Source of the DNA: Acholeplasma laidlawii PG-8A
GTDB taxonomy: Bacteria; Bacillota_I; Bacilli_A; Acholeplasmatales; Acholeplasmataceae
Assembly: GCF_000018785.1 (NCBI RefSeq)
Contig: NC_010163.1
Coordinates: 330,001 to 362,000, forward strand
Direction: 5' to 3'
Length of the DNA: 32,000 nucleotides
This document shows positions 1 to 8,496 of this stretch, one piece after another; position 1 is the stretch's first letter, and each line of letters opens with the position of its first letter. The notes under the pieces are model-generated. The model made no database searches, had not been told where the DNA came from, and saw only the letters and a program-made list of their open reading frames with translations. The position numbers and the translations under genes are program-made.

Positions 1-75
1 GTTGAAAACTACAACGATTTAAAAGAAGGTGACGTGATTGAAGCGTCTATTGAAAGAGAAGTGGAGGTAAATTAA
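1..75 (+). CDS. infB: Translation initiation factor IF-2, C-terminal tail (partial)
   Basis: Open frame from the window edge encodes VENYNDLKEGDVIEASIEREVEVN*, resembling the IF-2 C-terminus, directly upstream of rbfA (the usual infB-rbfA order). Confidence 0.8.
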   Translation, partial: VENYNDLKEGDVIEASIEREVEVN

Positions 76-77
76 TT

Positions 78-425
78 ATGAGTATTAATGTCGATCGTTT
101 AGCTTCAAGAATCTTTAGAGAATTAGTTCATATCGTAAATGATGTGATTAAAAACACTCAAATTGGTTATATTACACTTACAGAAACTAAAGTCACTAAA
201 GATAAAAGTTACTGTTATGTTTACTACACCATCATTGATGATAGTGTAGAAGCCAAAAAGAAAGTTCAAGATCTTTTAGATGCAGGTAAAAAAGAAATTC
301 GTATGAAGTTAGCATCTAAAGTTAACGACATTCGAAAAATTCCTGATTTAGTCTTTAAATATGATGAAGCATTAGCTTATGGTAATCATATTGATAAATT
401 ACTTTCGGATATCAATAAAAATTAA
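78..425 (+). CDS. rbfA: Ribosome-binding factor A
   Basis: 115 aa; RVDRLASRIFRELVHIVND start and YVYYTIIDDSVEAKKKVQDLLDAGKKEIRMKLASKVNDIRKIPDLVFKYD core match RbfA; immediately follows the infB tail. Confidence 0.9.
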   Translation: MSINVDRLASRIFRELVHIVNDVIKNTQIGYITLTETKVTKDKSYCYVYYTIIDDSVEAKKKVQDLLDAGKKEIRMKLASKVNDIRKIPDLVFKYDEALAYGNHIDKLLSDINKN

Positions 426-430
426 TAATG

Positions 431-468
431 AAAAATGCGAGTACTTAAATTAAAGTACTCGCATTTTT
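431..468. terminator. Bidirectional intrinsic terminator between convergent genes
   Basis: aaaaatgcgagtactt-aaatta-aagtactcgcattttt: perfect inverted repeat with A and T tracts on both sides. Confidence 0.9.
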
Positions 469-469
469 A

Positions 470-2455
470 TTATAGGACAGGATGATTTAATGTATAAGTT
501 TCTGTAACCACTTTAGTCTCACCATCAAATAATACGATACCACTCGATGAGAATGTATAAAAGATATTATTGATGTAGATACCTCTATCAATTTGATTGG
601 TATACTCGGTACTAGCGTGTGTGATGATATAAGGGTTTTGAATAATTGGTGATGTATTAAAATCTATATAAAATAGATAATATTGACTAGAGTATTCATA
701 ATAACCAAGGTCTTCATTAAATTCGCCAGTGTTTGCAGCAAACCCGATAAAACCGTGATCTGGTGAAACAAGAATAGCTTTATGGTTACTTAATGCTTCA
801 CTATAACTCCATCCGACATTTTCATCTGGATTGCTTAAAAGATAAGTTTCTAAAGGTGCGGTGGTATTCGTTGTATTGTATGCTGATATCTTCACATTAA
901 AGGTTTCATCATAACCAATACCTATGAGATGTGTTTCATCCCAAACATGTAAGTAAGTATTATATCCTGGTTCTTCAATCTCATTTAAAATCTTAATGTC
1001 TTTTGGATTACTAATATCTATGGTGTATAAAGGATCTATTTGTCTATAGGTTACAACATAGGCTAAATATTTATCAAAACGCACGGATGTTACACGCTCT
1101 TCTGGTTTACCAATACCTTCATCTAATAATCCGTAGTGTTCAAGTGTATCCTGTGTTTCATGTTCTTTTAATACATATAATCTATTTTTATCTGTTTGAC
1201 CCCATGAACGTGTTGTAACTACACGAAGTAATCCTTCATATTCATCTAGCCAAAATTGGTTTTCTATATAACCTTCTAATATAGTAGAACCACTATAGTT
1301 TACTTTGTGTGTATCACTATCAATTGAAAATTTAGTAATATGTGTGCCTGTTACCACAGTATTTAGTGTTGGGTAATATGTAAACATACCAGCGATGTAA
1401 AGACTTGTTTTAGTCATATAGATGTGGCCGTATACACCAACAACGGTTGTATGATCTAAAGTGAGTGTATCTAGATTTAAGGATGAAATGGTTGTCATAT
1501 TATATGCAGGAATTGCATCAAAGATTAAAATGTCTTCATACCCTACATAAGAGGTGTGAGTTTCTCCGTCCTTGTTTATAGTAAATTGTGGTCTAAGTTC
1601 ATCTTTTGAGATTCTGTTATAAGAAACCATATAAAGAGTGTCATCAATGATGCGGTGTGCTTGAATATCACCAATGGTCTTAAGTTCATAATCTAAAGAT
1701 AAATCTGTTCGATCATAAATACGCACAATGGAACTATATCTATACCCATAAAAATAACTGCTAGGTAAAATCAGTGCTGCATCATTAAATGCATAATATG
1801 TATCAAGGTTTTCTTCAAAATAACCTATAACAACAAGACTATCTGTAGTTAAATAAAATTCAGTAATGTAGACATCTAATAAATCAAGACCTTGTTTTTT
1901 AGTCAGACTACCATCTGGATTCACTTCATAACGGTAGAGTCTATTACTTTGATATCTTGGTGTATAAAAAATCTCATAACCATCTGTTTTAATAATGTCT
2001 GCTTCATCTACACCTAATACTTGTAGGTTTGTACCTACAACATCAGGTGCTTTGGCACCAGGGTTTGCTTCTTGGTCGACGGCGTCTTCACCAATAACCC
2101 AGTTTCCTGGAAAGAAGTCATACAAACTAAATCCATCACCAGCATCTATTTTATTTCTTAAGGTATGCTCATTTCGAACAATTCTAGCATTTAATAATGT
2201 TTTATCATGGTATGTTTGAGGTAAATCAAAGGTGCCTGTAATAATAAACACACCAAGTATAACCATCAATGTTAGACCAATAAGACCTCGTCTAACCGGT
2301 CTTACAATATTTTGTTGTCTAACATGTGTAATGTGGTGTTTATCTTGATAATTTTTTAGTCTTTGGTTCCACTTATATTCATAAATAGATCGTAAGATTA
2401 AAAACGAAATAATGAGTCCAACTATAATAGTCGCTATAACTCCATATGTGTTCAT
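470..2455 (-). CDS. Membrane-anchored protein with C-terminal beta-propeller domain (Beta_propel family type)
   Basis: 661 aa; two N-terminal hydrophobic segments, then GTNLQVLGVDEADIIKTDGYEIFY, the characteristic entry motif of the secreted C-terminal beta-propeller family, followed by repeated blade-like segments. Confidence 0.75.
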   Translation of the reverse strand: MNTYGVIATIIVGLIISFLILRSIYEYKWNQRLKNYQDKHHITHVRQQNIVRPVRRGLIGLTLMVILGVFIITGTFDLPQTYHDKTLLNARIVRNEHTLRNKIDAGDGFSLYDFFPGNWVIGEDAVDQEANPGAKAPDVVGTNLQVLGVDEADIIKTDGYEIFYTPRYQSNRLYRYEVNPDGSLTKKQGLDLLDVYITEFYLTTDSLVVIGYFEENLDTYYAFNDAALILPSSYFYGYRYSSIVRIYDRTDLSLDYELKTIGDIQAHRIIDDTLYMVSYNRISKDELRPQFTINKDGETHTSYVGYEDILIFDAIPAYNMTTISSLNLDTLTLDHTTVVGVYGHIYMTKTSLYIAGMFTYYPTLNTVVTGTHITKFSIDSDTHKVNYSGSTILEGYIENQFWLDEYEGLLRVVTTRSWGQTDKNRLYVLKEHETQDTLEHYGLLDEGIGKPEERVTSVRFDKYLAYVVTYRQIDPLYTIDISNPKDIKILNEIEEPGYNTYLHVWDETHLIGIGYDETFNVKISAYNTTNTTAPLETYLLSNPDENVGWSYSEALSNHKAILVSPDHGFIGFAANTGEFNEDLGYYEYSSQYYLFYIDFNTSPIIQNPYIITHASTEYTNQIDRGIYINNIFYTFSSSGIVLFDGETKVVTETYTLNHPVL

Positions 2456-2458
2456 AGA

Positions 2459-2962
2459 TTAACCTCCTATGCCTAAGGCATCTTTAAAGGGTTTGACATA
2501 ACTACGACTAACATCAATTTTTAGTCCATTAACCAATTCTAATTCGAGTTTAGCATTTAGCTTTGGTCGTATATAAAGTATTTTTTCCAAGTTTACTAAA
2601 AAAGATTTTGCGATTCTAATAATTTGATAAGACTGAAGCAGTCCTTCTAATTGATATAACGGTTGATTAATATAGATTTTTCCTCTTTTAGTCGTATGAA
2701 CTATAATTTCTACACCAAAGGATTCTATATATATGATTTCTCTTATAAAAAGTTTGACCCAACCATCACTTGTCTCAAATATAAATGCTTGTCTACTAAT
2801 AGTAACCTTTCTTAAAATACTTTCTAGGACTTCAAGTGATGTATCATCAACTAATAAAGTAATTGAACCATCATCATGATTTGTGATGTCTAAACTAGAT
2901 GATTCTAGATCATCTGTTATAAGGCTCAAATCAGATTTATCAATTAAGACTTTAATCATCAT
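2459..2962 (-). CDS. Standalone LytTR-type DNA-binding protein (no receiver domain)
   Basis: 167 aa; C-terminal IFETSDGWVKLFIREIIYIESFGVEIIVHTTKRGKIYINQPLYQLEGLLQSYQIIRIAKSFLVNLEKILYIRP has LytTR architecture; 3-nt gap to the downstream beta-propeller gene. Confidence 0.8.
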   Translation of the reverse strand: MMIKVLIDKSDLSLITDDLESSSLDITNHDDGSITLLVDDTSLEVLESILRKVTISRQAFIFETSDGWVKLFIREIIYIESFGVEIIVHTTKRGKIYINQPLYQLEGLLQSYQIIRIAKSFLVNLEKILYIRPKLNAKLELELVNGLKIDVSRSYVKPFKDALGIGG

Positions 2963-3174
2963 TATCTTCCCTTCATCTAGATTTTACAAAAACCTAGTTT
3001 AAAGTAGCAAGGTTTATCTTATAAGTTACATGAATTTATAAATAACTTACAGTAGAACACTTTAGATGTATTTTACCACTCAACTGTATAAACCTAGCTA
3101 AACAGTGTTAAAAACACTTAAAAACTGTAAAAATGCGCATAGAAATGATATAATTTATTATGGTAGGTGACTAG

Positions 3175-5439
3175 ATGATTGCTCGCGTGATTGTGGATAT
3201 AAAACATCAAAGTGTGAATCAAACATTTGATTATTTAGTTCACGAAAAAGATCAACTTCATATTCAAAAAGGTATGCGTGTAATTGTACCTTTTACAGAT
3301 AATAATATATTACGTTTAGGTTTTGTCTATGATATTATAAGTGCATCTGATTTAGCACATAAGTATGTTCATGAAATATTAGACATTGAACCTATTTTTA
3401 ATGATGAATTATTTTTAATGATGGATAAACTGATAGAAGACCCAAATGCACTCATTGCAGAAGCCTTTGAAACCGTGATACCTAAACAATTATTAATTCA
3501 TTATGAGAAAAAGGCTACTTTGTTAGAACCTAAACAACTACCGGATGATTTAGTGCCGTTTTTCAAACAAGGTGTTTGGACTTTGCTTAAAAAAGATGAA
3601 GTTTATTATAACCGTTTAAAAACATTAGAACAAAAAGGTATAGTTGAATTAAAAACCGTATTAAAGACAAGAAATAAGAAACCTTTAATAACCTATGTAA
3701 GAATCGATAACAGAAACTATCATGGTACACCAAAACAACACGAAGTACTAGATATTTTAAGTGCGCACTCACAAATGAAAAAAGCAGATCTCGTAGCAAA
3801 CTCTAGTGCATCGATTGTAAATACGTTAATCAAAAAAGCTGTTATTGAAGTATTTTATGAATCAGATAAGTTAGAAGTAGCTAATTTTAACAAAACAACA
3901 AAACTACCTGTGATTAATGAAGATTTAAAAGACCAAATCAAAGATATGATGGATGCAAAACATCAAGTTTATGTGAGTCAGTATCAAGATACCAAGTTAG
4001 ACCCTTTCTTTTTCCATTTGATTCATGAAGTGATTTCACAGGGTAAGCAAGTGCTTATCATGGTGCCTGAAAACTTTATGATTGCTTCTGTTAAGTCATC
4101 ACTTGAAAAAGTCTTTAGGGAAGAACTTATTATTGGTTTAAATCGTGGTCAAACAGATAAACAAATGATGTTAAAGTACAGTGCAATTTTAGATAATGAA
4201 ACTAAAATTGTCGTCGGTGCACGTTCATCTGTATTTACAAGTTTTAGTGATCTAGGTTTAATCATCATAACGGATAGTAATAATCACAGTTACCGTGCAC
4301 ATGAAGGTATTTATTATCATGCATTAGAGATTGCTGAAATAAGAGCTAGATATCATGGTATACCACTTTATTTAAGTGCGAGTTCAATATCCTTAGATAA
4401 CTATGTTAAGATACAACAAAAAACACATGAGTTACTAAATCTACAAGAAGAAGTCTATAAATCCATTGAACTTATAGATATGAAAGAAGAACTAAAAAAA
4501 GGAAATACCAAATTAGTTAGTCTAAGTTTAAATGATGCCATACTAAATACATTAGATCAAAATAAAAAAGTATTATTAATATTAAACCAAAAAGGGTATG
4601 CACCCTTTGTAATGTGTAGGACATGTTCGCATGTACCTGTAGATCCAGAAACTGGAATCCCTTTAAGATTTGATGAAAAACAAAATATTTTAAAATCTAA
4701 TTTGACAAAATATCAACTGGAGTTTACTAAAACATGCCCTGTATGCGGTAAACATACAGTGAAGTCTGTAGGTAGTGGTATTGATCAACTTATAACTTAC
4801 TTACATAAAGCATATCCTACGAAAGAGATATTAAAAGTCGATAGTGAGGCTATTAGTAATAAGACTTATCATGATAAAATTGAAGATCTTAGTCAAATCG
4901 ATATCATTGTAGGTACACAGATGGCACTGAAATCTAATTTAGAAGATAAAATAGATTTAGTGGGTATTTTGATGATTGATCAGTGGTTAAAATTACCCAA
5001 ATTTGATGCCTATGAAGCAACTTATGAACTACTTAGCCAAGCAAAATTTATCACTAAAGATAAACTGATTATTCAAAGTTATGATCCAACACATTTTGTT
5101 TTAAAAAGCATTATAGGTGATGGAAGTACATATTATAAAGAAGAACTAAGTCGTAGAAGACTTTCTAAATTACCACCATATTATCAAGTGCTACAACTAC
5201 GCATTGAAGGTATGAGTTATTTAAAGACTTTCCAATATGCACTCTCATTAAAAACTTCATTAGAAAAAATGGGACTTACTGTTTTAGGTCCAACCTCATC
5301 TGTATTACTAAAACAATTAGAAAATTATAGAGTTTTATTAACGATTAAATACCAAGGTAGTTTAAAAACGTTTAATCATTTACTAAAATCTAACAAAGAC
5401 ATAAAATTATATATGAACCATGATTTATCATGGTATTAA
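3175..5439 (+). CDS. priA: PriA-like primosomal protein with degenerate helicase motifs
   Basis: 754 aa; PriA layout and position upstream of fmt. Conserved stretches include KIVVGARSSVFTSFSDLGLII, VLLILNQKGYAPFVMCRTCSHVP, DIIVGTQMALK, IIQSYDPTHF and RRRLSKLPPYYQVLQLRI. Catalytic motifs are absent (see findings). Confidence 0.85.
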   Translation: MIARVIVDIKHQSVNQTFDYLVHEKDQLHIQKGMRVIVPFTDNNILRLGFVYDIISASDLAHKYVHEILDIEPIFNDELFLMMDKLIEDPNALIAEAFETVIPKQLLIHYEKKATLLEPKQLPDDLVPFFKQGVWTLLKKDEVYYNRLKTLEQKGIVELKTVLKTRNKKPLITYVRIDNRNYHGTPKQHEVLDILSAHSQMKKADLVANSSASIVNTLIKKAVIEVFYESDKLEVANFNKTTKLPVINEDLKDQIKDMMDAKHQVYVSQYQDTKLDPFFFHLIHEVISQGKQVLIMVPENFMIASVKSSLEKVFREELIIGLNRGQTDKQMMLKYSAILDNETKIVVGARSSVFTSFSDLGLIIITDSNNHSYRAHEGIYYHALEIAEIRARYHGIPLYLSASSISLDNYVKIQQKTHELLNLQEEVYKSIELIDMKEELKKGNTKLVSLSLNDAILNTLDQNKKVLLILNQKGYAPFVMCRTCSHVPVDPETGIPLRFDEKQNILKSNLTKYQLEFTKTCPVCGKHTVKSVGSGIDQLITYLHKAYPTKEILKVDSEAISNKTYHDKIEDLSQIDIIVGTQMALKSNLEDKIDLVGILMIDQWLKLPKFDAYEATYELLSQAKFITKDKLIIQSYDPTHFVLKSIIGDGSTYYKEELSRRRLSKLPPYYQVLQLRIEGMSYLKTFQYALSLKTSLEKMGLTVLGPTSSVLLKQLENYRVLLTIKYQGSLKTFNHLLKSNKDIKLYMNHDLSWY

Positions 5440-5450
5440 AGGAGTAAATT

Positions 5451-6365
5451 ATGATTGTATTTATGGGTACCCCAGAGTTTTCAGTACCAATTCTAGAAAT
5501 GTTGATTGAAGAAAAATATCCGGTTGGGCTAGTTGTTACACAACCAGATAGATTTGTTGGTAGAAAAAAGATATTAACACCATCACCAGTTAAGTCGCTT
5601 GCTTTAGCACATAACATTGAGGTTTTTCAACCTGAAAAATTACGTCAGGATTATCAACACATCATTGATTTAAAGCCCAGCTTAATTATTACAGCAAGCT
5701 ATGGTCAAATACTTCCTAAAGCCCTTTTAGAAGCAATACCAGCAATTAACATTCATGGTTCATTATTACCTAAATACCGTGGTGGTGCACCCATTCAATA
5801 TGCATTATTTAATGGGGACGATAAAACCGGTATTACCTTAATGGAAATGGTCTATAAAATGGATGCCGGTGCTATGATTAAAAAGGTAGAAGTAGACATA
5901 GAACCTCTAGATGATTACGGCACTTTATCTAATAAGTTATCACTAGCAGGTAGAGATCTATTAAAAGAAAATCTAATGAGTGTTTTAAATAAAACGTATC
6001 AAAGCACACCGCAAAATGAGGATGAAGTGACGTTTGCATTTACACTTAAATATAGTGATGAAGCACTTGATTTTAACAAGTCAGCATCATGGAATCATAA
6101 CCGTATTAGAGGTTTAAGTCCTAACGTTGGTGCACATTTTAACATCAAAAACACTACGGTTAAGGTGTTTAAATCAGCAATAAGTGATATAATAGACATT
6201 CAAAGAGGTGAAATTCGTATAGAAAATAAAAGAATATTTATTGGTACGAGTGATAGAGCCATAGAGTTAATTGAATTACAACAATCAGGTAAAAAACAAA
6301 TGAAGGTTAAAGATTATTTAAATGGGCAAAGCCTATTTATTAACGGAGGAAAAATAGATGAGTAA
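5451..6365 (+). CDS. fmt: Methionyl-tRNA formyltransferase
   Basis: 304 aa; IVFMGTPEFSVPILEML, TQPDR, INIHGSLLPKYRGGAPIQYALFNGDDKTGITLMEMVYKMDAGAM. Confidence 0.97.
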   Translation: MIVFMGTPEFSVPILEMLIEEKYPVGLVVTQPDRFVGRKKILTPSPVKSLALAHNIEVFQPEKLRQDYQHIIDLKPSLIITASYGQILPKALLEAIPAINIHGSLLPKYRGGAPIQYALFNGDDKTGITLMEMVYKMDAGAMIKKVEVDIEPLDDYGTLSNKLSLAGRDLLKENLMSVLNKTYQSTPQNEDEVTFAFTLKYSDEALDFNKSASWNHNRIRGLSPNVGAHFNIKNTTVKVFKSAISDIIDIQRGEIRIENKRIFIGTSDRAIELIELQQSGKKQMKVKDYLNGQSLFINGGKIDE

Positions 6366-6936
6366 ACCGAAACTCTTATATAACCGAGATGAGATGTTAA
6401 AAATTAACATCGACACCTTGAAAAATAGATGTAATGTATCTGTTCTGGATATTGCAAAGATTGCACAGCAACAACAATCTAAATATTATCCTGGTATTGA
6501 TATTAACTTATGTGTGGAATCTGTAGAAAAAATATTAACATTTAGAGATGTTTTCCACCACATTCAATTTGCTGCAGAAGTTGATAGACTTGCTGAAGAA
6601 AAAATGTTTAAAGGACCAATACAAGATATTTTATTCTATGATCTTGGACTATTTGGTATTGATGAAACCATAGGTTTAGATGTTGCTAGAAACTATGGTG
6701 CGATTGGACAAACAAACTTTGGTGACATTGATGTCAATAAACATGGTATCGTTAAAAGATTAAATGATGCTGGTAAAACAGAAGGTATTGTACATACAAT
6801 GATGGATGATATTGTAGGTGCTATTGCTGCGGCTGCATCTACTCGTGTTGCTCAAGTGATGAACGAAGATATTGCACTTGAAAATCCAAGTTACCAAAAA
6901 ATTAGCTTATTTGATTTGAAAAAAAGGAAAAGATAA
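6358..6936 (+). CDS. Phosphatidylglycerophosphatase A family protein (YutG-like)
   Basis: 192 aa; DETIGLDVARNYGAIGQTNFGDIDVNKHGIVKRLND and HTMMDDIVGAIAAAA match the PgpA/YutG family; overlaps fmt by 8 nt. Confidence 0.8.
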   Translation: MSKPKLLYNRDEMLKINIDTLKNRCNVSVLDIAKIAQQQQSKYYPGIDINLCVESVEKILTFRDVFHHIQFAAEVDRLAEEKMFKGPIQDILFYDLGLFGIDETIGLDVARNYGAIGQTNFGDIDVNKHGIVKRLNDAGKTEGIVHTMMDDIVGAIAAAASTRVAQVMNEDIALENPSYQKISLFDLKKRKR

Positions 6937-6939
6937 TAT

Positions 6940-8259
6940 ATGGGCTTAAAGAACCAAAAGCATAGGTTAAAGGGCTTTGGAAAAAAGCTGTTTTCTAAAT
7001 ATTTTGGTTTTGAAACTGGAATTGATATTGCTAATGACGTAGCTGTTTTATATAGACGAAATGTAGTTATTAAAAACATCGTATTTATATCAAACTTGCT
7101 TTATTCTTTAGTATTTTTCATTCTAGGCTTTAGTGTTGCCAATCCGACAACCGATTGGATTTTTGCTATTGCTGCTCTACCAATTACGTATACAGTAGGT
7201 AGACTACAATCTAAGCTTATCGACTTAGACCACAATGATTTAACAAAACAACAGATTGCGATGTATGTATCTAGTTTTTGGATTTTTATATCATCTGTGA
7301 TGGTTTATATCCGTGTTTATGCAGTCGGACAAAATGCGCCGTTTGAAACAGCAAGTTATGTATTAATATTTTATGCTTTAGTTCAAATATCGCTTTATCA
7401 AGACAAAAGGTTACTAGCAAACTCATTTGTTTCATTAGTTGGGTTTGTTACATTAATACATATATCAATAACTTATAATTTCTTTAATTTAGGTCTTACT
7501 TGGCAAGAGTTCTTATCAACGATATTTACCGATCCAGTACTAGCCATTCAAGTAGCTGACTTAGCCTTAAGAACAGTTATATTTATATTATTTTATTTAA
7601 TCAATTATATTATTGTTTCTATTGGACAATCCATCCAAGAAGAAAGAAAAAAGGAATTAAACAAACGCCGTGAAGTACAAATGGACTTCACGCATATCGT
7701 TAGATCTTTATTTAACGTTGTATTTCAATCTGCAAGCACCATATTAAACGAAAGACATGCCTATAATGTTGCATCAGTTGCATCAAAAATAGCTACATTT
7801 TATCACTTGGATGAACAAGATAAAATTGAGTTAGAAAAATACGCACTGATTCATTTAAGATTTGATGAAATCAAGGATTTAATGATAGAAACAGATAGTT
7901 ACGATGAACATACCTATGAAGTATTAAAAGAAAAGACAGATTTAGGTGCAAAAATTGGTAAAAGAATTCAACTTGCTCAAAAATCTAATGATATTATTAG
8001 AGCACATTATGAAAGAAGTGCTGATGAAGCATTTGCTCAACAAATGAATAAAATCCAATTTGAGATACCAAATCAAATTATCTTACTGGCGGATTGCTAT
8101 GTTTCTTTAAGAAGTTTATCAACATACTATCATCCAAACAGCCACCCACAAACGATGGACTTGTTTAAGAAACAATTAACACCATATTTTGATTATTCAT
8201 TAAGAGAAACATTCTTTAAATACAACACAGAAATTGATCAACTTTATCATGATTTATAA
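6940..8259 (+). CDS. Multi-pass membrane protein with C-terminal HD-GYP-like domain (degenerate)
   Basis: 439 aa; several hydrophobic helices in residues 45-240, then a region aligning with the HD-GYP pattern (HAYNVASVASKIATFYHLDEQDKIELEKYALIHLRFDEIKD...IIRAHYERSADEAF...FEIPNQIILLADCYVSLRSLS). Confidence 0.6.
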   Translation: MGLKNQKHRLKGFGKKLFSKYFGFETGIDIANDVAVLYRRNVVIKNIVFISNLLYSLVFFILGFSVANPTTDWIFAIAALPITYTVGRLQSKLIDLDHNDLTKQQIAMYVSSFWIFISSVMVYIRVYAVGQNAPFETASYVLIFYALVQISLYQDKRLLANSFVSLVGFVTLIHISITYNFFNLGLTWQEFLSTIFTDPVLAIQVADLALRTVIFILFYLINYIIVSIGQSIQEERKKELNKRREVQMDFTHIVRSLFNVVFQSASTILNERHAYNVASVASKIATFYHLDEQDKIELEKYALIHLRFDEIKDLMIETDSYDEHTYEVLKEKTDLGAKIGKRIQLAQKSNDIIRAHYERSADEAFAQQMNKIQFEIPNQIILLADCYVSLRSLSTYYHPNSHPQTMDLFKKQLTPYFDYSLRETFFKYNTEIDQLYHDL

Positions 8260-8288
8260 AACATATTTTACATAATTATGTATCTTAG

Positions 8289-8317
8289 TTTACAAAATAT
8301 CTAATAAAGGTTATCAT
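8289..8317 (+). promoter_or_regulatory. Sigma-A-type promoter for metK
   Basis: TTTACA (8289-8294), 17-nt spacer, TATCAT (8312-8317), just upstream of the riboswitch. Confidence 0.6.
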
Positions 8318-8336
8318 ATAAACAATTCAATAAAAA

Positions 8337-8431
8337 CTTATTCAGAGCAGGTGAGGTGATCAGTCCTTTGACCCTGCAGCAACCTACTTAAATTAGGTGC
8401 TCAACTGACAGGGGGCTAACCCACCAATAAG
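8337..8431 (+). promoter_or_regulatory. SAM-I (S-box) riboswitch aptamer
   Basis: CTTATTCAGAGCAGGTGAGG...TCAGTCC...GCAACC...GGTGCTCAACTGA. P1 CTTATT/AATAAG (8337-8342/8426-8431), P2 GCAGG/CCTGC (8347-8351/8373-8377), P3 ACCTA/TAGGT, and pseudoknot TCAGT/ACTGA (8360-8364/8404-8408). Located upstream of metK. Confidence 0.92.
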
Positions 8432-8441
8432 GAGATTTCAT

Positions 8442-8467
8442 CACTTCCTTCTTGGGAAGTGTTTTTA
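8442..8467 (+). terminator. Riboswitch-controlled intrinsic terminator (expression platform)
   Basis: CACTTCC-TTCTTG-GGAAGTG followed by TTTTTATT. The competing antiterminator AAGGAG (8429-8434)/TTCCTT (8445-8450) overlaps the P1 3' strand. Confidence 0.88.
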
Positions 8468-8496
8468 TTAAGTAATGGAAGAAAGAGGTAAATATT

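Noticed and set aside
1995-2219. Plus-strand 74-aa ORF
   Set aside because: Antisense inside the well-supported 661-aa beta-propeller gene; composition is a shadow frame with no recognisable domain.
5390-5617. Minus-strand 75-aa ORF across the priA end and fmt start
   Set aside because: Antisense to conserved fmt N-terminal sequence; shadow ORF.
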